From Octopus sinensis (lineage: Eukaryota), in assembly GCF_006345805.1 (NCBI RefSeq), contig NW_021835458.1:6670-70669 (forward strand): a stretch of 64,000 nt of DNA, written 5' to 3'. This document shows, in pieces, positions 27,882 to 41,294 of the stretch. Position numbers and translations under genes: made by a program. The notes beneath the pieces are model-generated. The model saw nothing but the letters and a program-made list of their open reading frames with translations. It made no database searches and was not told where the DNA came from. Within the stretch, counting starts at the first letter, position 1. Each line of letters opens with the position of its first letter.

Positions 27882-28098
27882 ATGTTTGTGTGTCTGTGTT
27901 TGTCCCCCTAGCATTGCTTGACAACCGATGCTGGTGTGTTTACGTCCCCGTCACTTAGCGGTTCGGCAAAAGAGACCGATAGAATAAGTACTGGGCTTAC
28001 AAAGAATAAGTCCCGGGGTCCGATTTGCTCGACTAAAGGCGGTGCTCCAGCATGGCCGCAGTCAAATGACTTAAACAAGTAAAAAGAGAAAAAAGAGT
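27674..28098 (+). mobile_element. SINE family A, full length
   Basis: Similar to the other family A copies. Confidence 0.88.
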
Positions 28099-28115
28099 AA
28101 TATATATATATATAT

Positions 28116-28155
<40 letters not shown>

Positions 28156-28349
28156 ATATATATATAATATATATATATATGTATGTATGTATGTAATGTA
28201 TGTATGTATGTATGTATGTATATATGTATGTTTATAAATTCATATGTGTGTGTGGGGGGAGGATATGTGATTGGCATAGCAATTTTTAAATTCCCCTTCA
28301 CATATTCTAAAATAGGTTGTATTACCTATTGTATTACTATTTAGTGCTA

Positions 28350-28870
28350 AGATTCGTTAGCACGCCGGGCGTAATGTTTAGTGGCATTTCGTCTGCCCTT
28401 ACGTTCAGAGTTCAAATTCCGCCGAGGTCGACTTTGCCTTTCAGCCTTTCGGGGTCGATAAATTAAGTACCAGTTACGCACTGGGGTCGATGTAATCGAC
28501 TTAATACCTATGTCTGTCCTTGTTTGTCCCATCTATGTTTAGCCCCTTGTGAGTAGTAAAGAAATAGGTATTACATGTCCTTACGTTCTAAGTTCAAATT
28601 CCGCCGAGGTCTACTTTGCCTTTCATCGTTTCAGGGTCGAAAAAATGAATTACTAGTTACGCACTGGGGTCGATATAATCGATTTAATCCGTGTGTCTGT
28701 CCTTGTTTGTCCTCTCTGTGTTTAGCCCCTTGTGTGTAGTAAAGAAATAGGTATTTCGCCTGTCCTTACGTTCTGAGTTCAAATTCTCGCCGCGGTCGAC
28801 TTCGCCTTTCATCTTTTCGGGGTCGGTAAATTAAATACCAGTTACGCACTGGGGTCGATCTAATCGACTG
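28350..28870 (+). mobile_element. SINE family B trimer
   Basis: Three body units joined at gaaataggta. Confidence 0.85.
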
Positions 28871-29040
28871 GCAACCTGCTCAAATATTTCTGGATTTGTG
28901 CTTACAGTAGAAAAGTTCTGCCTGAAGAATATAATTGAGGTAATTCTCAAACTATTAGTATTAGTTAAAGCGTCCTTTAAATAATATTTACCTCTCACCA
29001 GATGGAGTACATTTTTTATTGAATTTTCTATCACGAAACT

Positions 29041-29168
29041 CTCTCTCTCTCTTTACTCTTTTACTTGTTTCAGTCATTTGACTGCGGCCATGCTGGAGCA
29101 CCGCCTTTGGTCGAGCAAATCGACCCCGGGACTTATTCTTTGTAAGCCCAGTACTTATTCTATCGGTC
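29041..29168 (-). mobile_element. SINE family A 3' fragment
   Basis: Reverse complement of the family A tail. Confidence 0.8.
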
Positions 29169-29294
29169 TATTATATGTATATTTTTTATATATATATATA
29201 TATATATATGTACACACACACACACACCACACACACCAACACACACACACACACACACCACACACACACACACATACACACATATATATGTGGG

Positions 29295-29620
29295 GGGGGG
29301 CCGAGCCGCTGAAATTTCTGTTTATTTTCTCTTTATTCCTTTCTGTTTGAAGAGAAAAAACTTTTGCATTTTCCTGAGCGTCAAACTAATGCACTTGCTT
29401 TCGAAATTAACACTGAGGTCTCCTGTTTCTTAGACGTTAGGCTCGACCTAAGGACAAATCTATACCACCCTTTCTATAAGCCTAACATATCTCTACAATA
29501 GATAAATCTCCCCTCTAATCACCCTAAATTTACACTTAATAGCGTTATCAAAGGCATATCTATCAGAATCTTTAACTTAACTACTGACGAAGAAATTTCG
29601 TCAGGTCCCCCAAATAAGTG
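29295..29620 (+). mobile_element. PLE remnant: pLTR-like piece followed by an RT thumb fragment
   Basis: About 29427-29600 translates FLDVRLDLRTNLYHPFYKPNISLQ*INLPSNHPKFTLNSVIKGISIRIFNLTTDEEI, matching PLE FLD..Y.KPN..YI..SNHP. Confidence 0.7.
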
Positions 29621-30783
29621 GTTTCCGCGAAAAACGTTTATTATATCTCCAACACTAAGCTTAAAACTAAAATAGCACCTTTCTTCTCCCACACTAACCC
29701 AGAATCTACGGACGCTACTGCCACTCTACACCAAACCAACAACTCCCCACAAAAATACCCTACCGATCACACTCGACCCCAAGACTGACTTCATTACAGG
29801 CACAGCACAAGCAGGTGGTAAGGCAGCGAGAATGTAGAATCATTAACAAGTCGGACGAAATGCTTAGCGATGTAGCTTCCGGCTCTTTACGTTCTTAGTT
29901 TAAATTCTGTTGGAGTAACATTTGCCTTTCATCCTTTCTGGAATCAATAAAATAAAATACTAATCAAATACTAGAGTTTATGTAATTGGCTTGTCACTTC
30001 CCTCAAAATCGCTATCTTTGAACCTTGCAACGGCCTGGCTTTCCACCCAGAGAAAACTATTGTAATCGCGGTCATTGTACGCCATGAAAACTGGGTAACT
30101 GACCTTATGAGTCCTAGAGTTAAAAAAATATAAGGATTTTTTTGTAGTTTTAAAATCTAAATGAATATGACAGCCAAAAGGAACATATGGGGTTTACGCC
30201 TCATACAGCGTCTACTGACAGTGAGATGCAGAAATAAATTTCACAGACCGAAGCTGTGGTATAAAAAGAGCCGAGATTCCTTCGCAATGCTGATCGAACC
30301 AGGAAGTTCTTAATCGCGCCTAGGTATTATGTTATCCGATCTAATTCACAAAGCCATTAAGCTTTACCACACATCCGTCGTTGCAATCATAGTATAACAT
30401 ACAGGAAAATAACATCTACTGCTTCGCTATTATATGCGATTATGATTGGATAAATTTTATCAATATATTTATCACATTCTTTGCAATAGGCGAAAATTTT
30501 GTTTCCCTTCCATTAATATATTTCGTTTTTTTTTCTTTATTTTTTTCCTTTTCCTTTTTTTTTCACAAATAAATGCAAGTCCAGAAATTCCTTATTGAAT
30601 TTAACATTCCGTTCCGTTTCACAATAGCATCGATTTTCTTGCTTATCCTAGATCAACAATATCCTTATTATAGAGTCACTGTTACAGCAGTTTTATTCCA
30701 TTTTTGGTTTTGCTTTGTATATATGCAATTGTTAACATATGAACATGTATACATGCTTGTGTGTATGTATATATATATATATA

Positions 30784-30834
<51 letters not shown>

Positions 30835-30853
30835 TATATATAATATATATATA

Positions 30854-30898
<45 letters not shown>

Positions 30899-31384
30899 AT
30901 ATGTATGTATGTATGTATATATATACAATACATATGCATGTTTGTGTGTATGCGTTGAGTGCGATGGCGTATTTATGTACATGTAAGTATGGAAGATTAT
31001 GTCTATATGCAGTATTTTCCTTTTTTTTCTTGTGTTCTTCTACCTTATATCATCTGATGCTATTTATAGATAATGCGTGTTAACAGTTTGTGAATCATCA
31101 CTGCCATTGGTGTGAAACCTAATATTACGTAAGAATCTATCTTATGCTAAGAAAACAATCGGGTAGTCCAAGGTTCGCATTCCTTCTTGTCCGTTTTATG
31201 CTTTACACTTAATCTCAAATCGTACAAACCAACGGGGTCTATATGGCCCCTGAAGGTGCATATAATATTTTATTAGGACCACGCTACAAAATAATAAATT
31301 GGGAACTCACTATAATATTCTCAGTGCCCCTGAAAAAATCTTTCTTTAGATGTGTGTATTGGTTATGCATTGCAAGAAACAGTG

Positions 31385-31772
31385 AGGTTTCTTTCTCTAA
31401 CATTTTACGTTGTTCAACAAATTTGGAATTTTGAAAGAAATTTCTATGAAACTACCTTTTAAACATTGAATGGCTATGGGGATCCACCAGAGTAAAATAG
31501 TAATCAAAGGCGTCCACAGATGAAAAATGGTTGAGAACCCTTGCTTTAGATGGATGTATTGGTATGAATTGCAAAAAACAGCTGGGTTTCTTTCTCTAAC
31601 ATTTTATTTAATTCAACCTACAAAAGTTAGGGTGTGAAAAACAAAATCGGAATTTTGAAAGAAGTTTCTATAAAACTATTTTTTTAAATATTGAATGACT
31701 ATGGTGGGGTCCACAAGAATAAAATAGTAATCAAAGGGTTCCATAGATAAAAGATGGTTGAGAACCCCTAAT
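31385..31772 (+). mobile_element. Two tandem 3' ends of a hAT-like MITE (related copy near 10478-10580)
   Basis: Direct repeats ending atggttgagaaccc(t/c)t, resembling hAT/Charlie termini. Confidence 0.5.
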
Positions 31773-32024
31773 CTTGAGGTAAACAGTTACAACACAATTA
31801 AGTACGATAAGTGACAGGACTGTGATTTGCTGTGTTTGAAAAAATTCCACTCAGTAGAAAACATACTTGCAAAAAATGGGGTTGTCAGATAAATTCGGGC
31901 AGTTTTTTCCTTTTTGTTTCGTTTTTGTTTTCTATTTGACACTTCATCGTCGTATATAGGACAAAAGATAATAAATTTTTTTGTTAATTCAAATAACAAT
32001 GGATTATATTGGTATACACTGGAT

Positions 32025-32497
32025 AAAAACGGATTCTCGGATTCACGACTTTGCGGATTTTTAAAATATAAAAATATGAACGCTTAAAATTTTTCATTAA
32101 ATCTATTAAAATATTAATAATAAATATTTCCTGGTGTATGAACAACAAAACAAGCGTAAAATAGCAAAAAAGCATATACAGGGGTATTTGAACTTAAGAC
32201 GGGCTGTGATTGGTGCAATGTAGAGTGACGACGAATCACAGCTTTCTATTTTGTAATCTGGCCTGTGTAACAGTAACAATCTTTATTTTTTTTAAATCTA
32301 AAGTGTTATTGCTTAACAGTTGTCCTTGTTAATAATAGACAACTGCAATGGGTGGGTTGTTAACAGTACAGGGAGGGTTTTAAAAGTCGAAATACACGTT
32401 AAATAAACACTGTAAATATGATGTCCCTACTTCGCGGAAATTCAGTCATCGCGGCCAGTCTCGGAACCAATCTACCGCGATAAACGAGCGATCACTG
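32025..32497. mobile_element. Tigger/pogo-like MITE end
   Basis: Ends ccgcgataaacgagcgatcactg|TA, whose reverse complement CAGTGATCGCTCGTTTATCGCGG is a Tigger-like TIR. No left TIR found. Confidence 0.45.
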
Positions 32498-32971
32498 TAA
32501 TTTACCTAACAATGCAATAGAACAGCGCCTTGTGTAAAGAAAACATCGTTTCATCAGTTGTTTGACAGGCCAGGATGGAAGATATTCAATGTTGTGTTGA
32601 AGACTTTGCTGTATTATTGCTACAAGGTCAGAAAACGTGATTATGATCTCTTCTGTGCACAAAAGGCTGTGTATCTTGCCATGAAATGCGGGATCAACAA
32701 ACCGTAATTCAGAACTGATCCAACCACCTGTGCTCAAATGTATTCCAACCGTGACAATATCATCCAATTCAAGGAAAAAGACATCGAGAAATATATTAAC
32801 GGACTACATTGTCTAAATTGTAATTGCATTTTAAGGCAATAATGTGTGACAGATTGATGTGAATCAGGAGTCTTCTAATCTGTGACTTATCTTTTGCTCA
32901 GGCACAATGCAACGCTAATAGAACAGACTGATGGTTTAAAAAATGTGAAGTTAACTTATCGCGTCATAATA

Positions 32972-33197
32972 GACTCATAAGGGCCGGTTTCCCGATTCTA
33001 CAGCGTATATATTTCCCACCTGGATTGGACGCCAGTCCGTCGCAGGATTACTCATTTTTGCCAGCTCAGTGGACTGGAACAATATGAAATAAAACGTTTT
33101 GCTCAAGAACACAAAGCGTCACCCGGTTCAAGAATCGAAACCACAATTTTACGATCATGAGTCCCGCACACTAACCACTAAGTCACGCGCCTCCACA
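32972..33197 (-). mobile_element. SINE family D-related variant
   Basis: Head gtggaggcgcgtgacttagtggttag and a central box shared with family D. Similar to 45630-45870. Confidence 0.75.
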
Positions 33198-33315
33198 ACA
33201 GACCTATGATCAAATGCAATGTAGATGTGACTGCTCTGACTCTCTTAAAGAAAATTAGAACTAAGTTACCTTATGCATGCATTTCATTTCGAAGACGGTA
33301 ATATGAACTTTGAGA

Positions 33316-33546
33316 GGTGGCGAGCTGGTAGAAACGTTAGCACGCAGGGTGAAATGCGTAGCCGTATTTCATCTGCCGTTACGTTCTGAGTTCAAATTCC
33401 GCCGAGGTCGACTTTGCCTTTCATACTTTCGTGGTCGTTAAATTAAGTACCAGTTACGCACAGGGGTCGATGTAGTCGACTTAATACCTATGTCTGTCCT
33501 TGTTTGTCCCCTCTATTTTAGCCCATTGTGGGTAATAAAGAAATAG
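33316..33546 (+). mobile_element. SINE family B monomer with diverged TSD
   Basis: Flanked by ggtaatatgaactttgaga and gatagtatggactttgaga. Confidence 0.85.
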
Positions 33547-35087
33547 ATAGTATGGACTTTGAGAAAAAATTTTTTCAAGTAGGTCGAGTGAACATGTAAA
33601 CACATACAGACACCCACGTTGATGGGTGATGCGTTATAGCGTGGTGATGATTCAGGGTGTGTTTTGTTTCATGGTCTTAACGACAGTGTGATAAACAGGA
33701 TATAGCACAATATATGCATATACGGGATTTTGGTGATATACTGCATTATAACAAATGTTGCAGCAACTGTATGCAGTTGATATGTTCCTTTCTTCGGTTG
33801 AACAAGCGGAGAAATATTGTTCATTGTATTTCAGCAGATTTTTGAGGTTATTTCTTTTATATTTTCATGTTTCTATTTTATCTTTTTCCCCTTTGAATTT
33901 TCTTATTCGCTATGACTTATTTCTTACCTTTCCGCCATTTTCTTACTTGCTTACTTTTCTTAGCTTTTACTTCTGCTACGTCTACTCTTTATCTGTTTTT
34001 TGCATTCCTTCACCAACACCAATATGTGCGTGTGTGCACCTAAGTATATATATATATAATATATATAAAGATATATATATATATATATATGTATAATGTA
34101 TGTATGTACGTACTTATGTATTTGTATGTATATATATATATATGTACGTACTTCTGTATTTGCATGTATATATGTATGTACGTACTTTTGTATTTGTATG
34201 TATATATGTACGTACGTATATATGTCTGTATGTGTGTGTGTAGGGTGTACTTTTTCTTTTCGGATTTAATTTTCTCTTTTAGTTTCTTTGTTTCTTTTTA
34301 ACTTTCTTCTCTTCCATTTTATTGATTTTTATTTCTTTATCCATTTTTCTTTTATTTCCTGCAATTTACATCCAAATAATTTTTTCTACTGATCCGTGTT
34401 AAACAAATCAATTCATATTTTATGAGATGTTTTATAGTCATCGGCCTATTCTAAATTAAAAGAACCAACATACCGACGAGAATTTACATATAATCAATAA
34501 AATATGTCGTCGCATGCAATAGCGGTTAGTTTCCGGTTTAATGACTGACACCTTCCAACTCCACTTCCGGAAAGAAAAGGAAATTACTTTATGCTTCAGT
34601 CTACAATGAAATATATTCAAAATGAGTTTCTTCCGCAAGGAATTAGAATTGAATGTATCGTATTCTTTTGAGCATTTACATGCTTTTCTCTCGGTTTGGG
34701 GTTTAAGCCCATTATTGCCAATGTTGAACTTCAAAGTTAAATCGTTTTCTTCGTTACAATGTTCCAAGATAGAGAAATCAATACAGTATCAGGTTCCCAA
34801 TGAAGATCGTTCAAGGATTCGTGCCTGCCTCTTGTATTAACTGTATTGACAAAGGAAGTATTTAACTGTTGGTAGTTAGCCTGATCATACATATACAGCA
34901 TGGGGTAGATGAAGCTTATTACTATAAACTGTGGGAGAACCGAATAACAATGGAATTACTTATTAACGTCCTATACTGATTTTAATTTCCCCCTTTATAC
35001 TAGCAGACTGTAGCCTTGAATCACGCTATATTGAATCAGTTATTTGATTTTACTTTGGCTTGTATTCATTAGATAAAGGCGAGCTGT

Positions 35088-35472
35088 GTGGGAAGCACTC
35101 CATCGGTTACGATGACGAGGGTTCCGGTTGATCCGATCAACGGAACAGCCTGCTCGTGAAATTAACGTGCAAGTGGCTGAGCACTCCACAGACACGTGTA
35201 CCCTTAACGTAGTTCTCGGGGATATTCAGCGTGACACAGAGAGTGACAAGGCTGGCCCTTTGAAATACAGTACAACAGAAACAGGAAGTAAGAGTGAGAG
35301 AAAGTTGTGGTGAAAGAGTACAGCAGGGATCACCACCATCCCTGCCGGAGACTCGTGGAGCTTTAGGTGTTTTCGCTCAATAAACACTCACAACGCCCGG
35401 TCTGGGAATCGAAACCGCGATCCTACGACCGCGAGTCCGCTGCCCTAACCACTGGGCCATTGCGCATCCACT
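35088..35472 (-). mobile_element. SINE family C, full length
   Basis: Paralog of 26661-26979. Its 3' part also appears at about 43175-43310 on the + strand. Confidence 0.85.
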
Positions 35473-35838
35473 CAAAGGCGCACTAACATGCTAATATAAT
35501 GCTAGCGAGTAATTCCAGGACTTCCGTGTTTTTGATCAACTTAGTAAGACACATTTAATCCAGTCTGAAAGTTATAAACTCACAGCTGGTGGTTTTTAAA
35601 TAACAAAAGAAAGGCAGATTTCACTTTATATCCTATCAAATGCCTCATCAGAAATGCTTCACAGCGTTACAGGAAGAGGCACTTAAACATATATCAGTCT
35701 ATATTTTACATCAACAAGCTATATACGTCACTCGGCACGCTGCTTCATGAAGGTCACTGCTAGCTCTCATTGCGCACGCGACATTGCACTGCCATGTGTT
35801 GGCGCGCTATAGAACTAGTCTGGGAACGTTTTGATACC

Positions 35839-36069
35839 TATTTCTTTACTACCCACAAGCGGCTAAACACAGAGGGGACAAACAAGGACAGATACACGGA
35901 TTAAGTCAATTACATCGACGCCATTGCGTAACTGGTACTTATTTAATCGACCCCGAAAGGATGAAAGGCAAAGTTGACCTCAGCGGAATTTGAACTCAGA
36001 ACGTAGCGGCGGACAAAATACCACAAAGTATTTCGCCCGGCGTGCTAACGTCTCTGCCAGCTCACCGCC
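35839..36069 (-). mobile_element. SINE family B monomer, TSD ttgatacc
   Basis: ttgatacc at 35831-35838 and 36070-36077. Confidence 0.88.
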
Positions 36070-36387
36070 TTGATACCACGTATCAGTGACACCTTGCCGT
36101 GTAGGATATAGATTAAGGAATAGTAAATATGACATTAGATTATTTCTCCAGGAAATATAAAAAGAATAAGATACCGTTTTGATACCACGTAGTACATAAT
36201 AACTGACTGGTGTTTCGCCACTTTACAGAACTCAACTATAACTCTGACTCAAAGTTAAAAGAAAATGCGACAAAGCAGAAATGATTATTTTTACAATGAC
36301 TGTTCGTATCATCTAAGGGGTAAATTTAATTACAATATATACAACTTGTAGATCATATATAAAAATGTTTACATTATATGTTTATAT

Positions 36388-36552
36388 GGCGTAGGAGTGG
36401 CTGTGTGGTAAATAGCTTGCTTACCAACCACATGGTTCCGGGTTCAGTCCCAGTGCGTGGCATTTTGGTTAAGTGTCTTCTACTATAGCCTCGGGCCGAC
36501 CAAAGCCTTGTGAGTGGATTTGATAGATGCAAACTGAAAGAAGCCTGTCGTG

Positions 36553-36614
<62 letters not shown>

Positions 36615-36805
36615 TGTGTCTGTGTTTGTCATCGCTTGACAACAGATGTTGGTGTGTTTACGTCCTTGTAACTTAGCGGTTTGGCCAAAGAGACCGATAG
36701 AATAAGTACTAGGCTTACAAAGAATAAGTCCTGGGGTTAATTTGCTCGACTAAAAGGCGGTGCTCCAGCATGGCCACAGTCGAATGACTGAAACAAGTAA
36801 AGGAG
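36388..36805 (+). mobile_element. SINE family A, full length
   Basis: Similar to the other family A copies. Confidence 0.87.
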
Positions 36806-37945
36806 GAAAAGTGTACTAACATCGGTTTCAAATCTTGACACAAAATAAGTAATTACAGAGAAAGGGTTTAATCGATTGCTCAGCTGGCTAAGCATTTTGC
36901 CCTGCGTGCTAACGATTCTGCCAGCTCGCCTCCTTATCTTGGAATATAATATTGGTTTCACATTTCGATTACAAAGCCAGCAAGTTCAAGTAAGGGGTCG
37001 GTTGACTACTCAACTGGTACTTATTTTATTGACCCCTGAAAGAATGAAAGGCAAAGTCGACGTCGGCAGAATTTGAACTCAGAACTTACTGAAGGACCAA
37101 ATGCCGCTAAGCGTTATATCCTGTGCGCTAGCGGTTCAGCCAACTCGCCGCCTTAAAGCCTACTTTAGTACAAGCTTTAAATTTTGACACAAGGTCACCC
37201 AGTTTAAGAGAAGGGGTAACTTGACGAAGAGAGATATTGCACCTGAATAGTAAAAACCTGATCCAACTAATAGGACAACTACTACAGGCCCGTTTGACAT
37301 GCTAAAAATAGCAGCCGGATCATTCATTAAGCGAACCCGACCGTCGTAAAGCATGAAGGCTATATTCAGGAATGAAAACCCTGCCGTACAAAAGAGCAGA
37401 TTCCTCATAACCCGAACCTTTTGGCTTCTAAATCTCCTTAGGGCTGACTTTGAGCGAATCTACGGCTTTGCCAACCATTTCTAGCTGGCTACTGTAGCAG
37501 CAGGTATACAGTAACAGTAACACCATAACGAAGATTACCAGTGACACCTTGCCGTGTAGGATATAGATTAAGGAACAGTAAATATGACATTAGATTATTT
37601 CTCCAGGAAATATAAAAAGTGTAAGATATCGGCGCCCGGTGAGCATTTCAAGAATTCATATTCGATAAAAGCAATATGGCGTAGATTTCTAAAGAGGGCG
37701 AGAGAGGAACAAAATTTCATATTGTATGATGAGTGTCTCCGTTTCCTATTTAGTCAGTATGGCCTGCAACCTCATTGAGAGTCAATAAAACCAGTTACGA
37801 CTAGATGATGGATTAAGTTAATAGATTAAATATTCTTCTTTCATAGTAGAAGTAACGTGTACACATTCATAAATAAAATCGATACGAAATATGCGTGTTT
37901 ACATATAAGTGTATATAAAGGTATATAAGTATATATATATATGTG

Positions 37946-37987
<42 letters not shown>

Positions 37988-38026
37988 TATAGATAGATAG
38001 ATGGATGCATATCTATATACATGTAT

Positions 38027-38075
<49 letters not shown>

Positions 38076-38321
38076 ATATATGCGCACGCACATACATAAA
38101 TACATACATATAGATAGATATAAATATGCAAATGTGTGTGTGTGAATATACATACCTGTATATATATAATGTGTGGTGTGTGTGTGTGTGTGTGTGTGTA
38201 TGCATGTACACACATGCATTCACACACATACAGATATACATACACACAAACATACATACGTCCATACATACGCAAATACATACACTCATAAATACATATG
38301 TATTCACACATACACACATAA

Positions 38322-38353
<32 letters not shown>

Positions 38354-38769
38354 CTATAATATATATATATATATATATATTGTATATAACTTACATAAAC
38401 ACATACACACAATTCGTTACAGGGGGAACACAGATTACAATCTTCAAATATTCAGCGGCTGGAAATAATATTATGTCAGCCAATTTTGGTTGGAATTTAT
38501 TGATTTCAGAATATGAAGAGTACAACGAAATATCATTTGGATTTAATAGAAACATATCCTCAAAGAAATTACTTAATTATCGAATGAAACAATATCAGTA
38601 TGATAGGTCAGATATTTGTTCTCCAACACCGGACAAGATAAAAGCCAACCAAACGTTACATCAAAATGAAGTAATCTCCTAATACGCCTTCGGTTTAACT
38701 TAAAACATCTACGTTTATTTCCCTTGGTTTGGGATGAGGGGGTTGGAAAGAATTTATTTCATTCTCCAA

Positions 38770-40466
38770 GGAGCGTGGCCTGATGTATAGAGCGTGGTCT
38801 GATGTATAGAGCGTGGCCTGATGTATAGAGCGTGGCCTGATGTAGAGAGCGTGGCCTGGTGTATAGAGCGTGGCCTGATGTATAGAGCGTGGTCGGATGT
38901 ATAGAGCGTGGTCGGATGTATAGAGCGTGGTCTGATGTATAGAGCGTGGCCTGATGTATAGATCGTGGTCTGATGTATAGAGCGTGGTCGGATGTATAGA
39001 GTGTGGCCTGATGTATAGAGCGTGGCCTGATGTATAGAGCGTGGTCTGATGTATAGAGCGTGGCCTGATGTATAGAGCGTGGTCTGATGTATAGAGCGTG
39101 GCCTGATGTATAGAGCGTGGTCTGATGTATAGAGCGTGGCCTGATGTATAGAGCGTGGTCTGATGTATAGAGGGCGGTCTGATGTATAGAGCGTGGCCTG
39201 ATGTATAGAGCGTGGCCTGATGTATAGAGCGTGGCCTGATGTATAGAGTGTGGCCTGATGTATAGAGCGTGGCCTGATGTAGAGAGCGTGGCCTGGTGTA
39301 TAGAGCGTGGCCTGATGTATAGAGCGTGGTCGGATGTATAGAGCGTGGTCGGATGTATAGAGCGTGGTCTGATGTATAGAGCGTGGCCTGATGTATAGAT
39401 CGTGGCCTGATGTATAGAGTGTGGCCTGATGTATAGAGCGTGGTCTGATGTATAGAGTGTGGCCTGATGTATAGAGCGTGGCCTGATGTAGAGAGCGTGG
39501 CCTGGTGTATAGAGCGTGGTCGGATGTATAGAGCGTGGTCGGATGTATAGAGCGTGGTCTGATGTATAGAGCGTGGCCTGATGTATAGATCGTGGTCTGA
39601 TGTATAGAGCGTGGTCGGATGTATAGAGTGTGGCCTGATGTATAGAGCGTGGCCTGATGTATAGAGCGTGGTCTGATGTATAGAGCGTGGTCTGATGTAT
39701 AGAGCGTGGTCTGATGTATAGAGCGTGGCCTGATGTATAGAGCGTGGTCTGATGTATAGAGCGTGGCCTGATGTATAGAGCGTGGTCTGATGTATAGAGC
39801 GCGGTCTGATGTATAGAGCGTGGCCTGATGTATAGAGCGTGGCCTGATGTATAGAGCGTGGCCTGATGTATAGAGCGTGGTCGGATGTATAGAGCGTGGT
39901 CTGATGTATAGAGTGTGGCCTGATGTATAGAGCGTGGCCTGATGTATAGAGCGTGATCTGATGTATAGAGCGTGGCCTAATGTATAGAGCGTGGCCTGAT
40001 GTATAGAGCGTGGCTTGATGTATAGAGCGTGGCCTGATCTATAGAGCGTGGCCTGATCTATAGAGCGTGGCCTGATGTATAGAGCGTGGTCTAATGTATA
40101 GAGCGTGGCCTGATGTATAGAGCGTGGCCTGATGTATAGAGCGTGGTCTGATGTATAGAGCGTGGTCTGATGTATAGAGCGTGATCGGATGTATAGAGCG
40201 TGGTCTGATGTATAGAGCGTGGTCTGATGTATAGAGCGTGGTCGGATGTATAGAACGTGACCTGATGTATAGAGCGTGGTCTGATGTATAGAGCGTGGTC
40301 TGATGTATAGAGCGTGGCCTGATGTATAGAGCGTGGCCTGATGTATAGAGCGTGGCCTGATGTATAGAGCGTGGCCTGATGTATAGAGCGTGGCCTGACG
40401 TATAGAGCGTGGCCTGACGTATAGAGCGTGGCCTGACGTATAGAGCGTGGCTTGATGTATAGAGCG
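38770..40466 (+). repeat. 19-bp minisatellite (TGATGTATAGAGCGTGGCC)n, roughly 89 units
   Basis: Seen directly. Unit count estimated from length/19. Confidence 0.97.
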
Positions 40467-40640
40467 TTGCCTTCACGATAGTAAGGTCGCAGTTTATATT
40501 ACGAAGACTGGTAGAAAGTTGTGTTCTTGAGCAAAACAACTCATTTCACATTGCTACAGTAGACTCAGCTGTGAATGGTGAAACCATCCACAGGTTGGCA
40601 TTCCATTCAGAAGGAATATTTGCCTTTTACCTGCATGCCT
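40461..40640 (+). mobile_element. Body of an old SINE family D-variant whose head was amplified into the minisatellite
   Basis: tcacgatagtaagg..gttgtgttcttgagcaaaacaactcatttcacattgctacagtagactcagctg matches 45660-45765. Confidence 0.7.
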
Positions 40641-40697
40641 GGATACCTGTCTGCCTGCTTCCCTAGTTAGTATATATATATATATATATTATATATA

Positions 40698-40734
<37 letters not shown>

Positions 40735-41262
40735 AGCAACAGAATGATTCGGTAGTTTGGTATATAAATTGACTGAAGAGTCCTAAGTATTTTAAATCTG
40801 CTGTAATATTACAGCTTTTAATAAAATGTTGTAGTATGAAACAATTGTACCAAATTACCGGAGTCATTCTTGTTGCTTTTTTTGATTATAATCACCCCGC
40901 AAATTTTTATGGGTAACACCATACAAAATTCTGGTGCATCTAAATAAGTACCATATTCATTTGAATCTAAATTGTTGCTGATGTATATATATATAATTAT
41001 ATATATATATATATTATATATATATATATATGTGGTGTGTGTGGTGTGTGGTGTGTGTGTGTGTGTGTGTGTGAGTGTGAGTGTGTGGAGAGAGAGTCAC
41101 ACAGAAGAGAGAGACAATATATATATATATATATGTGGTGTGTGTGTGTGTATAATATATATATGCATGTACACACATGCATTCACACACATACAGATAT
41201 ACATACATACAAACATACATACGTGCATACATAAACAAATACATAATATTATATATATATAT

Positions 41263-41294
<32 letters not shown>

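Noticed and set aside
38770-40466. CRISPR-like regular repeat, and the 166-aa repetitive ORF at 40039-40539
   Set aside because: There are no unique spacers and no cas genes, and the context is eukaryotic. It is a plain 19-bp VNTR and the ORF is incidental.
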